A model generated the notes under the pieces. That model was not told where the DNA came from. It was given only the letters and a program-made list of their open reading frames with translations, and searched no databases. 64,000 nt of DNA. It comes from an uncultured Planctomycetales bacterium. Lineage in GTDB: Bacteria; Planctomycetota; UBA1135. Made by a program: the position numbers and the translations under genes. The stretch spans positions 70,322-134,321 of the forward strand of contig CAZWVI010000005.1 of NCBI GenBank assembly GCA_964637165.1. Direction: 5' to 3'. This document shows, one piece after another, positions 8,726 to 18,604 of this stretch (the first letter of the stretch is position 1; every line of letters starts with the position of its first letter).

Positions 8726-10684
8726 TTACTTTTTCTTAGTTAGGTCTACTGCTTCACCGCCTGAAGCTTCTGCTAGTTCACGCATGAAGTCGGCGGCCGC
8801 ACTGCCTGCGGCAATGGTATTAATTTGAATGCGAATGTCGCGATTGAGACGACCTAATTCATTGAGAATATCGGAGGTCGCAGTTCGCTTGCCCATAGTC
8901 GGTTGTCCATCGGTGAGCAAAAACACTGTCTGTACATCTTCCATCAGAATGGCAGTTTCCACAGCATCAAAAAGATTAGTTCCACCGGCAGCGCGCGCTT
9001 TACTCAAAAAGGAAATCGCCGACTTAATATTTTCTTGGTTTGCTTCAACTAAGTTGGTTTTCCAAACTCGGACGGAGCTGCCAAAGAGCACTATTCCAAA
9101 TGGTTGACTGGCCGGCAAGTTTTTAAGCGTGCCCTTTAATGCTTCCACAAAGTGAGCCAAATAAGTTTCTTTGGAGGAGAATCGCGAACCCATTGAGCCG
9201 CTGGTGTCTAAAACAAAAATTACTCCACCAGCAGGAACTGGCATGCCGTGATAAGTTCCGGTGTCACCATTCCGCACAATTTTGTCCTGGGCATCTTTGA
9301 CCATGCGTATTGCCACGTCCAAAGATGGCAACGAATAGTCTGGCCTACGATCTCCCCACCAAGCGCGCCAAGCACCAACGTTGGCGCCAAAGTTCATCCC
9401 CGTTAATAAACTTAAAGTGTTAATTGCTTCGCTTTTGACGCGGCCAGCTTCACGTTGGCTAATAGCTATCAACTGTTGCACTGAAGTTTCGCGGCGCATT
9501 TTTAATAGTGAACTTACGGCAGCTGAACGCACTGCCCACCAATCATCGGTTAAGCGCGCTAAACAAGTGGCGTGGGCGCTGTCAGTATCTAACCAACCAA
9601 GTGCTGCGGTTGCGTGCAGGCGAATTGGACCATCTTTACTTTTGGTTAATTCGATTAGTTTTAATTCAGCTGAAGCGGGAATATTTCCCAGAACAGATAA
9701 TGCCCATAGTGCATCGGTGCGGGTCGCGGAGTGCCCGTGATTTAAGCGTTTGAGCATTAAGCTCACGACATCTTCTGGTCGTGCAACTACCAATCCGCGA
9801 ATCGCTGCTGAGCGCACGCGAAATTCATTGCTGGCCAAACTTTTTCTCAACCCTTTCGCAGCAAGCTCAGGTTGGTGTCTAGCCGCGGCCGCTAATGCCT
9901 CTAGCATTCGCTCTTGCATTAAAGTGTCGCGGGTGTTTAATGCTTTGAGTATTTCTTTAACTTCGATTGAAGTTTCTGCGGAGTTGAGTGCTTTTAGCAC
10001 CGAACCCATGATGTAGTCATTGCGGCGGTCATCAACCGCGCTGATCAAAGCCCTGAAGGCTTTCTTGCCACCGAATTCACCAAGTGCAGAAAATGCCGCT
10101 CGGCGTACTGCAATAATTGGATCGGTAGACGCATCGCGTAATATTTTGAATCCCTTTTCTAATTTTATTTTTCCAATGCCTTCCAATCCGGCCAACTGAA
10201 TGCGTTGATTGTCGTCGTTGGCGGCTTTGATAACTAGGGATTCCAAGCCTACGGCATCATTGTTCAAGAGCGATTGCAAAATGATTAGGCGAATGCTCGG
10301 GTCGTCTTCGTGGCGCCAACGTGAACTTAAGTACTCCTGACCTTCAATTCCAATGTGCGCCAGACAGCGCAAAGCTTGAGTTGAGATGGCGGCGTTTGTT
10401 GTTGTCGATAATTCTTTTATTGTGTTGAAAACTAAATCACTTTCTGCGAGTGAAATAGAGTGAACCGCTGCGGTTTTAAAGTTCGGCAACATACTTGGGA
10501 GCATTTCCTTAAGTGCTTTAACGCCTTCGTCGCCACAGGACATACCAATTCGATAAATCGCATTACGCCGTTTACTTTGGGAGGCGTTTTCAGCGAGTAA
10601 GTTTGAGTACTCTTGGATAAGTTGCCCGAGTTCGACGGACGGCTCTTGCGCGATGCAAGTTGCGGCCAGCATTAAAGTGATCAT
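8726..10684 (-). CDS. Secreted HEAT-repeat protein with C-terminal von Willebrand factor A domain
   Basis: Short hydrophobic N-terminus and about 450 aa of HEAT/PBS-lyase-like helical repeats. The C-terminal vWA carries an intact MIDAS (VLDTSGSM, GGTNLFDA, LLTDGQPT). Confidence 0.75.
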   Translation of the reverse strand: MITLMLAATCIAQEPSVELGQLIQEYSNLLAENASQSKRRNAIYRIGMSCGDEGVKALKEMLPSMLPNFKTAAVHSISLAESDLVFNTIKELSTTTNAAISTQALRCLAHIGIEGQEYLSSRWRHEDDPSIRLIILQSLLNNDAVGLESLVIKAANDDNQRIQLAGLEGIGKIKLEKGFKILRDASTDPIIAVRRAAFSALGEFGGKKAFRALISAVDDRRNDYIMGSVLKALNSAETSIEVKEILKALNTRDTLMQERMLEALAAAARHQPELAAKGLRKSLASNEFRVRSAAIRGLVVARPEDVVSLMLKRLNHGHSATRTDALWALSVLGNIPASAELKLIELTKSKDGPIRLHATAALGWLDTDSAHATCLARLTDDWWAVRSAAVSSLLKMRRETSVQQLIAISQREAGRVKSEAINTLSLLTGMNFGANVGAWRAWWGDRRPDYSLPSLDVAIRMVKDAQDKIVRNGDTGTYHGMPVPAGGVIFVLDTSGSMGSRFSSKETYLAHFVEALKGTLKNLPASQPFGIVLFGSSVRVWKTNLVEANQENIKSAISFLSKARAAGGTNLFDAVETAILMEDVQTVFLLTDGQPTMGKRTATSDILNELGRLNRDIRIQINTIAAGSAAADFMRELAEASGGEAVDLTKKK

Positions 10685-12660
10685 TGCAGCTCGCGCAGGT
10701 CGACAGCTTGGCCACCATTTGCGGCAGCGAGGTCAGCCAAGAAAACCGCCTTGGCTTGGCCGCCGGCAATCGTGTTGATGTTGATGCGTAAGTCGCGGTT
10801 GCGGCGAGTGATGTCGGTAACAATGCGCCGGGTGTCAGTCATGCCGACACTTGGTTCGCCATCAGTCATTAAGAAAATATTTTGGGTGTCAGGAATATCC
10901 ATGGCGGCGTTTACTGCGGCGTAGATATTGGTGCCGCCAAAAGGCAGTGCGCGGTCGAGGTAAGCGTGGGCCGCGGAAATATTTTCTTCGCTTGGAGTTA
11001 GCGATTCAGGTTTCCAAAGAGTAGTGCTCGATGAAAATAACACCACGTTGAAAACAGTACTACTCGGCATACTCGAAATTGCTTGCTTAAGAGCATCGGC
11101 GAAAACGCGGAATCGAGTTTCGCCATTAGCGTGTTCACCACCGAGGATTTCACTCATTGATCCGCTGATGTCTAAGATGAATACAGTATTGCCGGCCGTA
11201 ATTGGGATACCGTGATAGCTGGTGTATTCGTCATCTGATTTGCGTTTGTCACGAATTGTTTTTAGTGATGCCGCGGCAATATCGGCGGCCGGTAATTGAT
11301 AATCATCACCTTGTTCTTCTAGCCAACGCCGCCAGCTATTGGCGTTCTCTTGAAAATCTTCGCCGCTAAGTTGAGCAAGAGCTTCAGCAAGTTCGACTCG
11401 CACTCGACTTGATTCATTTTCTAACAAATCGATTAAGGCTCCCATGCATTTAACACTGCGGCGCCGAGTAAGTGCTTCAACGCTAGCCGACCGCACCGCC
11501 CAGGATTCATCAACGAGAGCTTTAATAAGTGAATCGACCGATGATCTGGTTGAGCCGCCACCAAGTGCAAGACACGCGTTCAAGCGCAACTCCGGATGTT
11601 GGTCGCTACACATCTTGATGAGGGTGTTTTCAATTTCAGTCGTAAAGTCGCCAAGTTGCGATAAGGCCCAAGCGGCTTCGTTGCGGATGGTGTGTTCGCC
11701 ATCTTTGAGTTGCTCAAGCAAAATATCCATTACGCCTTCAGGGCGCGCGGCGGCCAGGCCACGAATTACATGACGGCGGATTGCCTGATCTTTTTTGCCG
11801 ATGAGCTTGACCAGGGCTTTAGTGGCCGCCGCTGGGTCGTGTTTAGCACTTGAAGCAAGGGCATCGACCAAAATAACTTGGACGGCTTCGTCGCGTTCTT
11901 TCATCGCCGCTTTTGCAATCAAGTCAATTTCTTTAGTGGTGTTAGCGTTGCGTAAAGCATCGCCAATCACCAACATGAAGTTTACATTGCGCGAGTTGCG
12001 CAAGACCTTGATTAGGGCCTTGAAGGCTTTTTCACTGCCAATGCGACCGCAGGCACGCGCCGCTTCAACGCGCGACTCAAGGCTCGAATCTTTTAAGCCT
12101 TTTTCTACTAATTTGGCACCGGCAATAATTTCACGTTCAGCAATTCCATAAAAGGCGGCCGCCCGCACCGCGGCGGATTTATGTTTTGCTGCATTCAAGA
12201 TAGCTTTGTCAATTCCTTGTAGGTCGGAATCAATTACCGCGTACAACATTGAGGCCGCGGCCATCGCATTTTTTTCTTTATCAAATCTAACCAGCAACCA
12301 TTCGCCATCACCTTCGCTGGCTAAAACTCGCGCCGCGGTGCTGCGGTCGGGGAGTTGCTTACTGTTTAAAACAATTTCGCGCAGATGGCCGACCGCCGCA
12401 GAGTGGTGGCACATACCTAAGGCCAGAATTGCTGAGCCGCGGTCCATCGAACTTAGCTTATTAAGCAAATCAGCCAAGGCGTTTGCGGCAGCTTCGCTTT
12501 GCAAGTTGCCAACTTTAAACAAAGCCTGGCCAATCATTTTGCGGTCGCCATCGCCGTCGAGTAAGGACTCGACCGCTGCCACGCGGGTAGCCAAGTCGCC
12601 GCTATTTTCTTGCTGAAGAAGTGGTTGAGCTGCCAGGCTAAGGCACAAGCTGAGTAACAT
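10681..12660 (-). CDS. Secreted HEAT-repeat + vWA protein (paralog of the downstream gene)
   Basis: Same architecture as 8726-10684, with MIDAS ILDISGSM, GGTNIYAA and LMTDGEPS. It overlaps the downstream paralog by 4 nt. Confidence 0.75.
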   Translation of the reverse strand: MLLSLCLSLAAQPLLQQENSGDLATRVAAVESLLDGDGDRKMIGQALFKVGNLQSEAAANALADLLNKLSSMDRGSAILALGMCHHSAAVGHLREIVLNSKQLPDRSTAARVLASEGDGEWLLVRFDKEKNAMAAASMLYAVIDSDLQGIDKAILNAAKHKSAAVRAAAFYGIAEREIIAGAKLVEKGLKDSSLESRVEAARACGRIGSEKAFKALIKVLRNSRNVNFMLVIGDALRNANTTKEIDLIAKAAMKERDEAVQVILVDALASSAKHDPAAATKALVKLIGKKDQAIRRHVIRGLAAARPEGVMDILLEQLKDGEHTIRNEAAWALSQLGDFTTEIENTLIKMCSDQHPELRLNACLALGGGSTRSSVDSLIKALVDESWAVRSASVEALTRRRSVKCMGALIDLLENESSRVRVELAEALAQLSGEDFQENANSWRRWLEEQGDDYQLPAADIAAASLKTIRDKRKSDDEYTSYHGIPITAGNTVFILDISGSMSEILGGEHANGETRFRVFADALKQAISSMPSSTVFNVVLFSSSTTLWKPESLTPSEENISAAHAYLDRALPFGGTNIYAAVNAAMDIPDTQNIFLMTDGEPSVGMTDTRRIVTDITRRNRDLRININTIAGGQAKAVFLADLAAANGGQAVDLRELQ

Positions 12661-12662
12661 TT

Positions 12663-13400
12663 TTAGTCGCGGCGCGAAAGCAACATCAGAATGTGCTTAA
12701 ACATAATGACCACGTCGATAAACAAAGCGCAGACCGCAGGAACAACTGCGGTAGTTGGGTAATGGCGCATGATGTTTGAGGTGTCGTAAATCACAAAGCC
12801 GGCCATTAATAAAACAAAGCAAATTGAGACCCCGATTCCGGAGGTGCCAAAGCCGAACAACCAGCCTAGCAGAAGGAATCCAATCAGAACCGCGAAGCAG
12901 GTCCAAAGCGCGGCGCGCATGAATGAGAAGTCGCGTTTACTGGTGAGGGTGTAAATGGTCAGCGCACCAAAGACAACTCCAGTAAGGACTGCGGCTTGGG
13001 CGACCACTTCGGGGCCACCTTGACCAATCGCGAAGGTAACTAAAGGGCCGGTTAGAAGTCCTTCTATCGTGGCAAAAATTCCGAGGGCAATAATGTTAAT
13101 TGGGAAGCGATTGGCCGCCAGTCGCAGGACCCCGAACATAACCATCATCAGCACCATATAGCCGAGAAATCCGCCCCGATAAATTGGGGCAACTAAGCTC
13201 AGTGCAAGTTGCGAATTACTAGCCCACCATGTGACGCCAGTGAAAAACACTATGGTTAGTGAGAAAAGGGAGTAAACCTTGCGCAGGAAGGCCATGCGCT
13301 CGGCGGAACTCACTTGAATGGCCATCATGCCTTGGTGGCCTTGAGTCTGGGAAGAAGTGGAAGAAATCATTTTGGACATTGACCGCATCGGGTGGGTCAC
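12663..13400 (-). CDS. BAX inhibitor-1 / YccA family membrane protein
   Basis: Seven predicted TM segments. Family-typical N-terminus (AFLRKVYSLFSL) and C-terminal tail (LFIDVVIMFKHILMLLSRRD). The first codons (GTG ACC CAC...) are formed by the repeat element at 13374-13401, so the true start is probably an internal Met (13379 or 13370). Confidence 0.8.
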   Translation of the reverse strand: MTHPMRSMSKMISSTSSQTQGHQGMMAIQVSSAERMAFLRKVYSLFSLTIVFFTGVTWWASNSQLALSLVAPIYRGGFLGYMVLMMVMFGVLRLAANRFPINIIALGIFATIEGLLTGPLVTFAIGQGGPEVVAQAAVLTGVVFGALTIYTLTSKRDFSFMRAALWTCFAVLIGFLLLGWLFGFGTSGIGVSICFVLLMAGFVIYDTSNIMRHYPTTAVVPAVCALFIDVVIMFKHILMLLSRRD

Positions 13401-13401
13401 T
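13374..13401. repeat. TGACC-N10-GGTCA element, copy 1
   Basis: GGACATTGACCGCATCGGGTGGGTCACT matches the 17552 and 46785 copies at 24/28. It lies between the SSF transporter stop and the BI-1 gene start. Confidence 0.8.
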
Positions 13402-13413
13402 TTTCTATTTTAA

Positions 13414-15264
13414 CTAAATGGGGTCAGTTCGGTTCCAGGACCAAAAAAGCATCAAGGAGCCTCCAGTGGCGGCAATGAGGTAAGGGGACCAATCCTGGCC
13501 CAAGACCCAGGCTCCAACTAGAAACATCAATCCGTAGATTACGGTTAGTCCACCGAGCCAGCCGACGAGCGCGGCCACAATTCGTGGGCGGTTATCGCTG
13601 GTGTTAACAATTTTTGACCACCAACCAAAGGGTCGTACCTTGGCGTGGAATTTGCGTAGATGCGCTTCATCAACTGGAGCAGTTAAGAAAGTGGTGGTTA
13701 ACATCACTACGATTGCTACGGCAATAACAATTAAATATTGGCCGGAGTGATCCCATGGAACTCCAGCTTCCCAACCATTAAATGGCGCCGCGGCCCACAC
13801 ACTATCTGGAAGTACGAATTTCAAAATAACCGTAGTGACTCCCGAAGCAATTAATGCACTGAACTCAGTCCAGGCATTTGCTCGCCACCAAAACCACCGC
13901 AATAAGTAAGCGGGGCCAAGGCCGCCAAGCAGGGCTAAAGACAATGTGAACAAACTCGAAATACTGCCAGCGGTAAGTGCGAATGTTGCACCCAATATTC
14001 CAACTCCAAGTTCGGCCAAGCGTCCCACATTTACATAGTGACGAGGTTTTGCTTCGCGCTTAATAAAGCGGCGATAAATATCATTTACTACATAAGCACT
14101 CGCTAGGTTGAAGTGAGTGTCAAGGGTGCTCATGAATGCCGCTAGAAAACTAGCACACATTAATCCGAACAATCCGGGCCCTAAAAATTGCGCCATCATC
14201 ATGGGATAGGCGGCTTCGTGGTCGGGCACCATTTTGCCGCCGATTTCAATTAGTGGTAATGCTGAATCGGGGATTAAAGCCTCTCCGGTGAGGGCTAATG
14301 GCGCAACCGAGCATAGGGCCACGAAAATCCAAGGCCATGGTCGCAGGCAATAGTGTGCGATGTGAAACCACAATGATGCGGCGCGCGCGTGTTTTGCATC
14401 ACGGCACGCGGAGAACCTTTGAATAGCATGGCCGCCACCATCAGCGTTTTTATTGGCCCAACCTTGGAGTGCGGCTAACACCACAAATGCCGTGAAGCCT
14501 TGCGTCCAAAATGAAGCCGCGGTCCATCCGCCGCCGCCAGTTACCGGCATGAATGCAGTTTTTGCGGGGCCGAGGGAGGCAATCGCTTCGCGCGCGGCGT
14601 CCATTCCACCGAATTGGTCGGCAGCTTTTACTCCTAAAATAATTGCGCCAGCCATCGCTAGAACAAATTGGAATAAATCAGTTACAACTACTCCCCAAAG
14701 TCCGGCCATCATTGAATAGCAAAGCGCCATCGCTACCGCGCTGCCGACAATTAACATGTCGTAAGTGCCGTCGTCTAAACCTAGAACCACGCGCACGACC
14801 TTGAGCATGGCTAACAGCACCCAAGCCAATACCAAGGTGTTGGTGATTAAGGAATGGTAGGCACCGTAAAAGCCGCGCAGGTTGCGGGCCGGTTTCCCGG
14901 AATATCGGAGCTCGATGAATTCTGCATCGGTGGTTACTTCGGCGCGGCGCCACCATCCGGCGAGGAACACGAATGCCAGTGCGCCGCCGACGGCGAATCC
15001 CCACCAAATCCAGTTGGTGGCCAAGTTGCCCGAGCGTACCCATCCGGTTACGACTAGGGGAGTGTCGCTAGCAAATGAAGTGGCGACCATTGAGGTGCCA
15101 GCAATCCACCACGGTAGTGAGCGGCCGGCGAGATAAAAATCTTGGGTGGATTGGGAGGCGCGGCGCGACAGCAAACTGCCGATAGTTATCGCCAACACTA
15201 AGTATCCGCCAATTGCCAGCCAATCGAGTGGCTGGAAGATGGTAGCGGTGACGAGGGTGTGCAC
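13414..15264 (-). CDS. Sodium:solute symporter (SSF) family transporter
   Basis: 616 aa with about 13-14 TM segments. SSF-like N-terminal region (FYLAGRSLPWWIAGTSMVATSFASDTP). Confidence 0.85.
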   Translation of the reverse strand: MHTLVTATIFQPLDWLAIGGYLVLAITIGSLLSRRASQSTQDFYLAGRSLPWWIAGTSMVATSFASDTPLVVTGWVRSGNLATNWIWWGFAVGGALAFVFLAGWWRRAEVTTDAEFIELRYSGKPARNLRGFYGAYHSLITNTLVLAWVLLAMLKVVRVVLGLDDGTYDMLIVGSAVAMALCYSMMAGLWGVVVTDLFQFVLAMAGAIILGVKAADQFGGMDAAREAIASLGPAKTAFMPVTGGGGWTAASFWTQGFTAFVVLAALQGWANKNADGGGHAIQRFSACRDAKHARAASLWFHIAHYCLRPWPWIFVALCSVAPLALTGEALIPDSALPLIEIGGKMVPDHEAAYPMMMAQFLGPGLFGLMCASFLAAFMSTLDTHFNLASAYVVNDIYRRFIKREAKPRHYVNVGRLAELGVGILGATFALTAGSISSLFTLSLALLGGLGPAYLLRWFWWRANAWTEFSALIASGVTTVILKFVLPDSVWAAAPFNGWEAGVPWDHSGQYLIVIAVAIVVMLTTTFLTAPVDEAHLRKFHAKVRPFGWWSKIVNTSDNRPRIVAALVGWLGGLTVIYGLMFLVGAWVLGQDWSPYLIAATGGSLMLFWSWNRTDPI

Positions 15265-15273
15265 GCCTTAGTT

Positions 15274-16650
15274 TTATTCGCCGCCGGTGAAGAGTAGCGC
15301 CAGTAATGCTGGCGACAGTCCCGGTAGGAAAAAGCCCTTTACGCTCGCCGGAGGGAGTTCTTCAGCCTCGGGCGCACCGGCCACGTAAACCGTTGGGTGG
15401 TTATGGGCGACCGCGTCGAGCCATGGCCCGGGGAGTTGGGGCATGCCGCGACCCTCCCGTGCACCGCATAAAATCAGCAGTGAGTCGGGCATTTTTTCAG
15501 GTGGTTGGGAATCTGCTGGTAGCACTTCGACGCCCCATTCCTCGAGGAAGCGATTGGCGTCAGGGGTGCTAGCGAGTGCGTATGCAAGTTCCGGTCGTGG
15601 GTATTTGGTGCGGCCGGCGGCGCCACCGTGTAGTGGTTTGAGCAATCGTTTGGCACCGGCGCCCATGACTAAAGGTTTTTGCGCGGCGATTGGGGTGCTA
15701 AGCGCTAATTCGGTTAATTTTTCAAGGCGGGCCACGGATTGTTCAACGTGGTCTTTGGAGAGATCGCCGCGCTCCATTGCGTGGCGCAGGCTCATCGCCA
15801 AGACCACTGGATCTTCAGGGTCGAGTAACAAATCACAACCTGCATGAATCGCCTCGATAGCAAGTTCTTCGTGGGGGCCGTCGCCGAATCCGGCCATGCG
15901 CAATGAATCTGTGACGACAACGCCGTCGTAATTCATGTCTTTACGCAGGAAGTCCATCAAAATCGGCGAGCGGGTGGTCGGCCGCATTTCATCGTCGATT
16001 AGCGGAAATTCGATGTGGCCAGTCATTACGCTGGGCATTTGGTCGATGAGCGCGCGGAATGGCTTGAGGTGGTCTTCGATGTCCTCAAAACAGACCGCGG
16101 TTTCGACGTGGCTGTCTTGGGCGCATCCGCCGTGGCCTGGGAAATGCTTGCCGCAGGAAATTGCGCCACCATCGGCGAGGCCGCGCATCCAGGCATCGGC
16201 GCAGGAAATGATTCGCTGGATTTCGCCACCAAATGCGCGGTTGGCAATGATGGGAGAATTGATCGAATTGTTGGCCGTACGGTGGAGGTCGAGGACCGGG
16301 CCGAATACCCAAGGAACGTTGGCCGAGCGGGCTTCGGTGGCCGTGCGGTGGCCGGCGTCGTAGCAGGCTTCTTCGCCGAGCATGCCAAGTGCCCAAGCAT
16401 CGGGTAGCGGGGTTAAACCTTCGAATTGCTGGCCGGCACCACGTTCTAAGTCGGCGGCGAAGACAATTGGATGACCGGCCTCGGCTTCGAGGGTTTCGTG
16501 CATCCACACCACGTCCTCGGCATCGCCGCCAAAGATAAGGAAGAAACGCGGATTGAACTCGCGCAAACAGCGCAATGCTTCAGCCAGACCTTCACCTTTA
16601 TCAAGGCGAATCGTCGGGGCAACTAACCAATCGGTGAGGCTAAAAGACAC
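15274..16650 (-). CDS. Glycoside hydrolase family 3, NagZ-like beta-N-acetylhexosaminidase with C-terminal extension
   Basis: GH3 signature KHFPGHG, a nucleophile region VVVTDSLRMAG, and FGPVLDL. About 130 extra C-terminal residues. Confidence 0.8.
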   Translation of the reverse strand: MSFSLTDWLVAPTIRLDKGEGLAEALRCLREFNPRFFLIFGGDAEDVVWMHETLEAEAGHPIVFAADLERGAGQQFEGLTPLPDAWALGMLGEEACYDAGHRTATEARSANVPWVFGPVLDLHRTANNSINSPIIANRAFGGEIQRIISCADAWMRGLADGGAISCGKHFPGHGGCAQDSHVETAVCFEDIEDHLKPFRALIDQMPSVMTGHIEFPLIDDEMRPTTRSPILMDFLRKDMNYDGVVVTDSLRMAGFGDGPHEELAIEAIHAGCDLLLDPEDPVVLAMSLRHAMERGDLSKDHVEQSVARLEKLTELALSTPIAAQKPLVMGAGAKRLLKPLHGGAAGRTKYPRPELAYALASTPDANRFLEEWGVEVLPADSQPPEKMPDSLLILCGAREGRGMPQLPGPWLDAVAHNHPTVYVAGAPEAEELPPASVKGFFLPGLSPALLALLFTGGE

Positions 16651-16685
16651 GTGCTTACTTTATCGCTGCGGCGGGCAGAATTGGG

Positions 16686-17552
16686 GTGGCGAATGTAGAC
16701 TTTCCGCCCGTGTCAAAGCCCTTACTCCTAGTTCATGCCGGTGCTGGTTCAGTGCCGTTGTCATCTTTTCCGCAACATCTTGAAGGATGTGTTGCGGCGG
16801 TTGAGGAAGGGTGCGGCGAGTTCGTGAATGGCGCGGTGAATGCGGCTTGTGCGGCGGTTTGCGTGTTGGAAAAAAATCCGCTATATAACTCAGCAACCGG
16901 TTGCGCTTTAACTTTAAAGGGCGGGGTTTCTTTGGATGCCGCGGTGATGGAGGGATCTACCCGCAATGCCGGTGGCGTTTGCGCTTTGGGTGCTTTCCGA
17001 AACCCGGTCCTGATAGCTAAAAAGTTGTTGCCAGAACCGACGATTTTGTTGGCCGGCGGCGGGGCCGATGAGTGGGCTCGCGAACATGGTTTTGAGATGA
17101 TTTCCGAAGGGGAATTGATTACCGAAGCCGCCGCCGAGCAATGGAAGAAAGTTGTTAAGGAAGGCACCCCAAGTAATTGGGCGGGTGGCACGGTCGGAGC
17201 TGTAGCACGAGATGCCGACGGCAATTTGGCCGCCGCAACTTCGACCGGAGGAACAATGGGCAAGTTGCCCGGCCGTGTTGGTGATTCTCCACTTATTGGA
17301 GTTGGTACCTACGCCGATGACGTGTGCGCAATTTCGGCCACAGGTGAAGGCGAGGCGTTTATGCGCGCATCATTCGCCGCCCGACTAGCAGACGCCATTG
17401 GCCATGGCGGCGACCCCCAGGAGGAGTTAGAAAAATCATTGGCGAGAGTGAAGAAAAATTACGGTGGAATTGGTGGCGCGATTTTGATTACCCGTGATGG
17501 AGGGCCATTTATGGCTTGGACGACGGAGAGAATGGCACACGCACACTCTTAG
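16686..17552 (+). CDS. Isoaspartyl peptidase / L-asparaginase (Ntn hydrolase)
   Basis: LLVHAGAG N-terminus and autoprocessing/nucleophile motif GGTVGAVARD. GTG start. Confidence 0.85.
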   Translation: MANVDFPPVSKPLLLVHAGAGSVPLSSFPQHLEGCVAAVEEGCGEFVNGAVNAACAAVCVLEKNPLYNSATGCALTLKGGVSLDAAVMEGSTRNAGGVCALGAFRNPVLIAKKLLPEPTILLAGGGADEWAREHGFEMISEGELITEAAAEQWKKVVKEGTPSNWAGGTVGAVARDADGNLAAATSTGGTMGKLPGRVGDSPLIGVGTYADDVCAISATGEGEAFMRASFAARLADAIGHGGDPQEELEKSLARVKKNYGGIGGAILITRDGGPFMAWTTERMAHAHS

Positions 17553-17579
17553 GACACTGACCTAATCGGCTGGGTCACT
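17552..17579. repeat. TGACC-N10-GGTCA element, copy 2
   Basis: GGACACTGACCTAATCGGCTGGGTCACT is 28/28 identical to 46785-46812. It starts on the last base of the TAG stop of the preceding gene. Confidence 0.85.
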
Positions 17580-17612
17580 CGATTTTCTAAGTACTTGTAG
17601 GCAGTAGGTTTA

Positions 17613-17660
17613 TTAAAAAATATTTGCTCGGGCCTTGGCCCGAGCCTGTTTTTGTTTCTT
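17613..17660. terminator. Bidirectional intrinsic terminator between convergent genes
   Basis: A GC-rich hairpin GCTCGGGCC-TT-GGCCCGAGC (17626-17645) is flanked by AAAAAATATTT upstream and CTGTTTTTGTTTCTT downstream. Confidence 0.7.
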
Positions 17661-17680
17661 ACTCTTTTTGTTTTCTGACC

Positions 17681-18604
17681 TTACAAAGATTGGTGACCCA
17701 ATCGATGCGGGCAGAGTCCCAAGAGTGCTGCTCCCATCCATCCCGCCGAATTCCCTAATTCCGACTTTTTCAAAATAAAATCTTCCGCTGTCCTTCCAAA
17801 GCATTGCAGTGCAAGTACTTGCAGCGCCGTCGGCTTCAGCAGGTCGAGCACTGGTGCGGCTCCTCCGCCGATTAGGAAGACCCTCAGGTCGAGGATTAGC
17901 GCAACTTGGGATAGTGCTTCGCCAAGTCTTTGTCCGGCATTTGCAAATACTTTGGCGGCGGCTTTGTCACCAATACGGGCTAGCTTTGCCAAGTCTGGCA
18001 AACCGTCAAACTGAATATTATTTTCGCGGGCGACGGCGATGAGCTCGGTGGCACTGACCACAGCTTCGGTGCAGCCGCGTGCGCCGCAGTGGCAATTACG
18101 CTGGTGGCCAACTTTGATATGGCCAAATTCTCCGGCCATTCCTCGCCCGCGCCAAAGTTCCCCATCCAGAACAATTCCTCCACCAATCCCAGTGCCGATT
18201 GTCGCAAATAGAAAGCTTGGATGTTCACGACCTGCTCCTAGGATTGATTCAGCATAAGCTGCCGCGCTGGCATCATTTTCAATCACGACCTCCCGCCCAA
18301 TTTTCGCGGCCAAATCTTCGGCCGGATTTTGATCGATTAGAAATTGCAGGTTGGGGGAATCGCGAACAATTAAATCGTCATCGTCGAAAATTCCTGGGAT
18401 GGTTAACCCAACCGGTAAAGTCAAATCCCCTTGTGCAAGTTCAGCGTGGCAGTCAGCAAGCACATCTAGGGTCGAGGCGTAATCTAAAATGCTTGGGGCG
18501 GAAAATTCACGTCCAGCAATATTTCCAAGTAAGACCCCGGATTTGACGGAAGTCCCGCCAAGGTCAAGGCCGATACTGCACTGGTCAAGTTTTGAATTCT
18601 TCAT
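17681..18604 (-). CDS. ROK-family sugar kinase (glucokinase / N-acetylglucosamine kinase-like)
   Basis: ATP-binding DLGGTSVK, ROK zinc motif CHCGARGCTE, and GGGIVLDGEL. Its ATG shares one base with the stop of the upstream M28 gene. Confidence 0.85.
   Translation of the reverse strand: MKNSKLDQCSIGLDLGGTSVKSGVLLGNIAGREFSAPSILDYASTLDVLADCHAELAQGDLTLPVGLTIPGIFDDDDLIVRDSPNLQFLIDQNPAEDLAAKIGREVVIENDASAAAYAESILGAGREHPSFLFATIGTGIGGGIVLDGELWRGRGMAGEFGHIKVGHQRNCHCGARGCTEAVVSATELIAVARENNIQFDGLPDLAKLARIGDKAAAKVFANAGQRLGEALSQVALILDLRVFLIGGGAAPVLDLLKPTALQVLALQCFGRTAEDFILKKSELGNSAGWMGAALLGLCPHRLGHQSL

Noticed and set aside
15935-16507. Several 120-140 aa ORFs on both strands (15935-16363 +, 16015-16407 +, 16026-16400 -, 16085-16507 -) inside the GH3 gene.
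   Set aside because: They are Arg/Pro/Ala-rich shadow frames of a GC-rich, well-supported GH3 coding region and have no motifs of their own.
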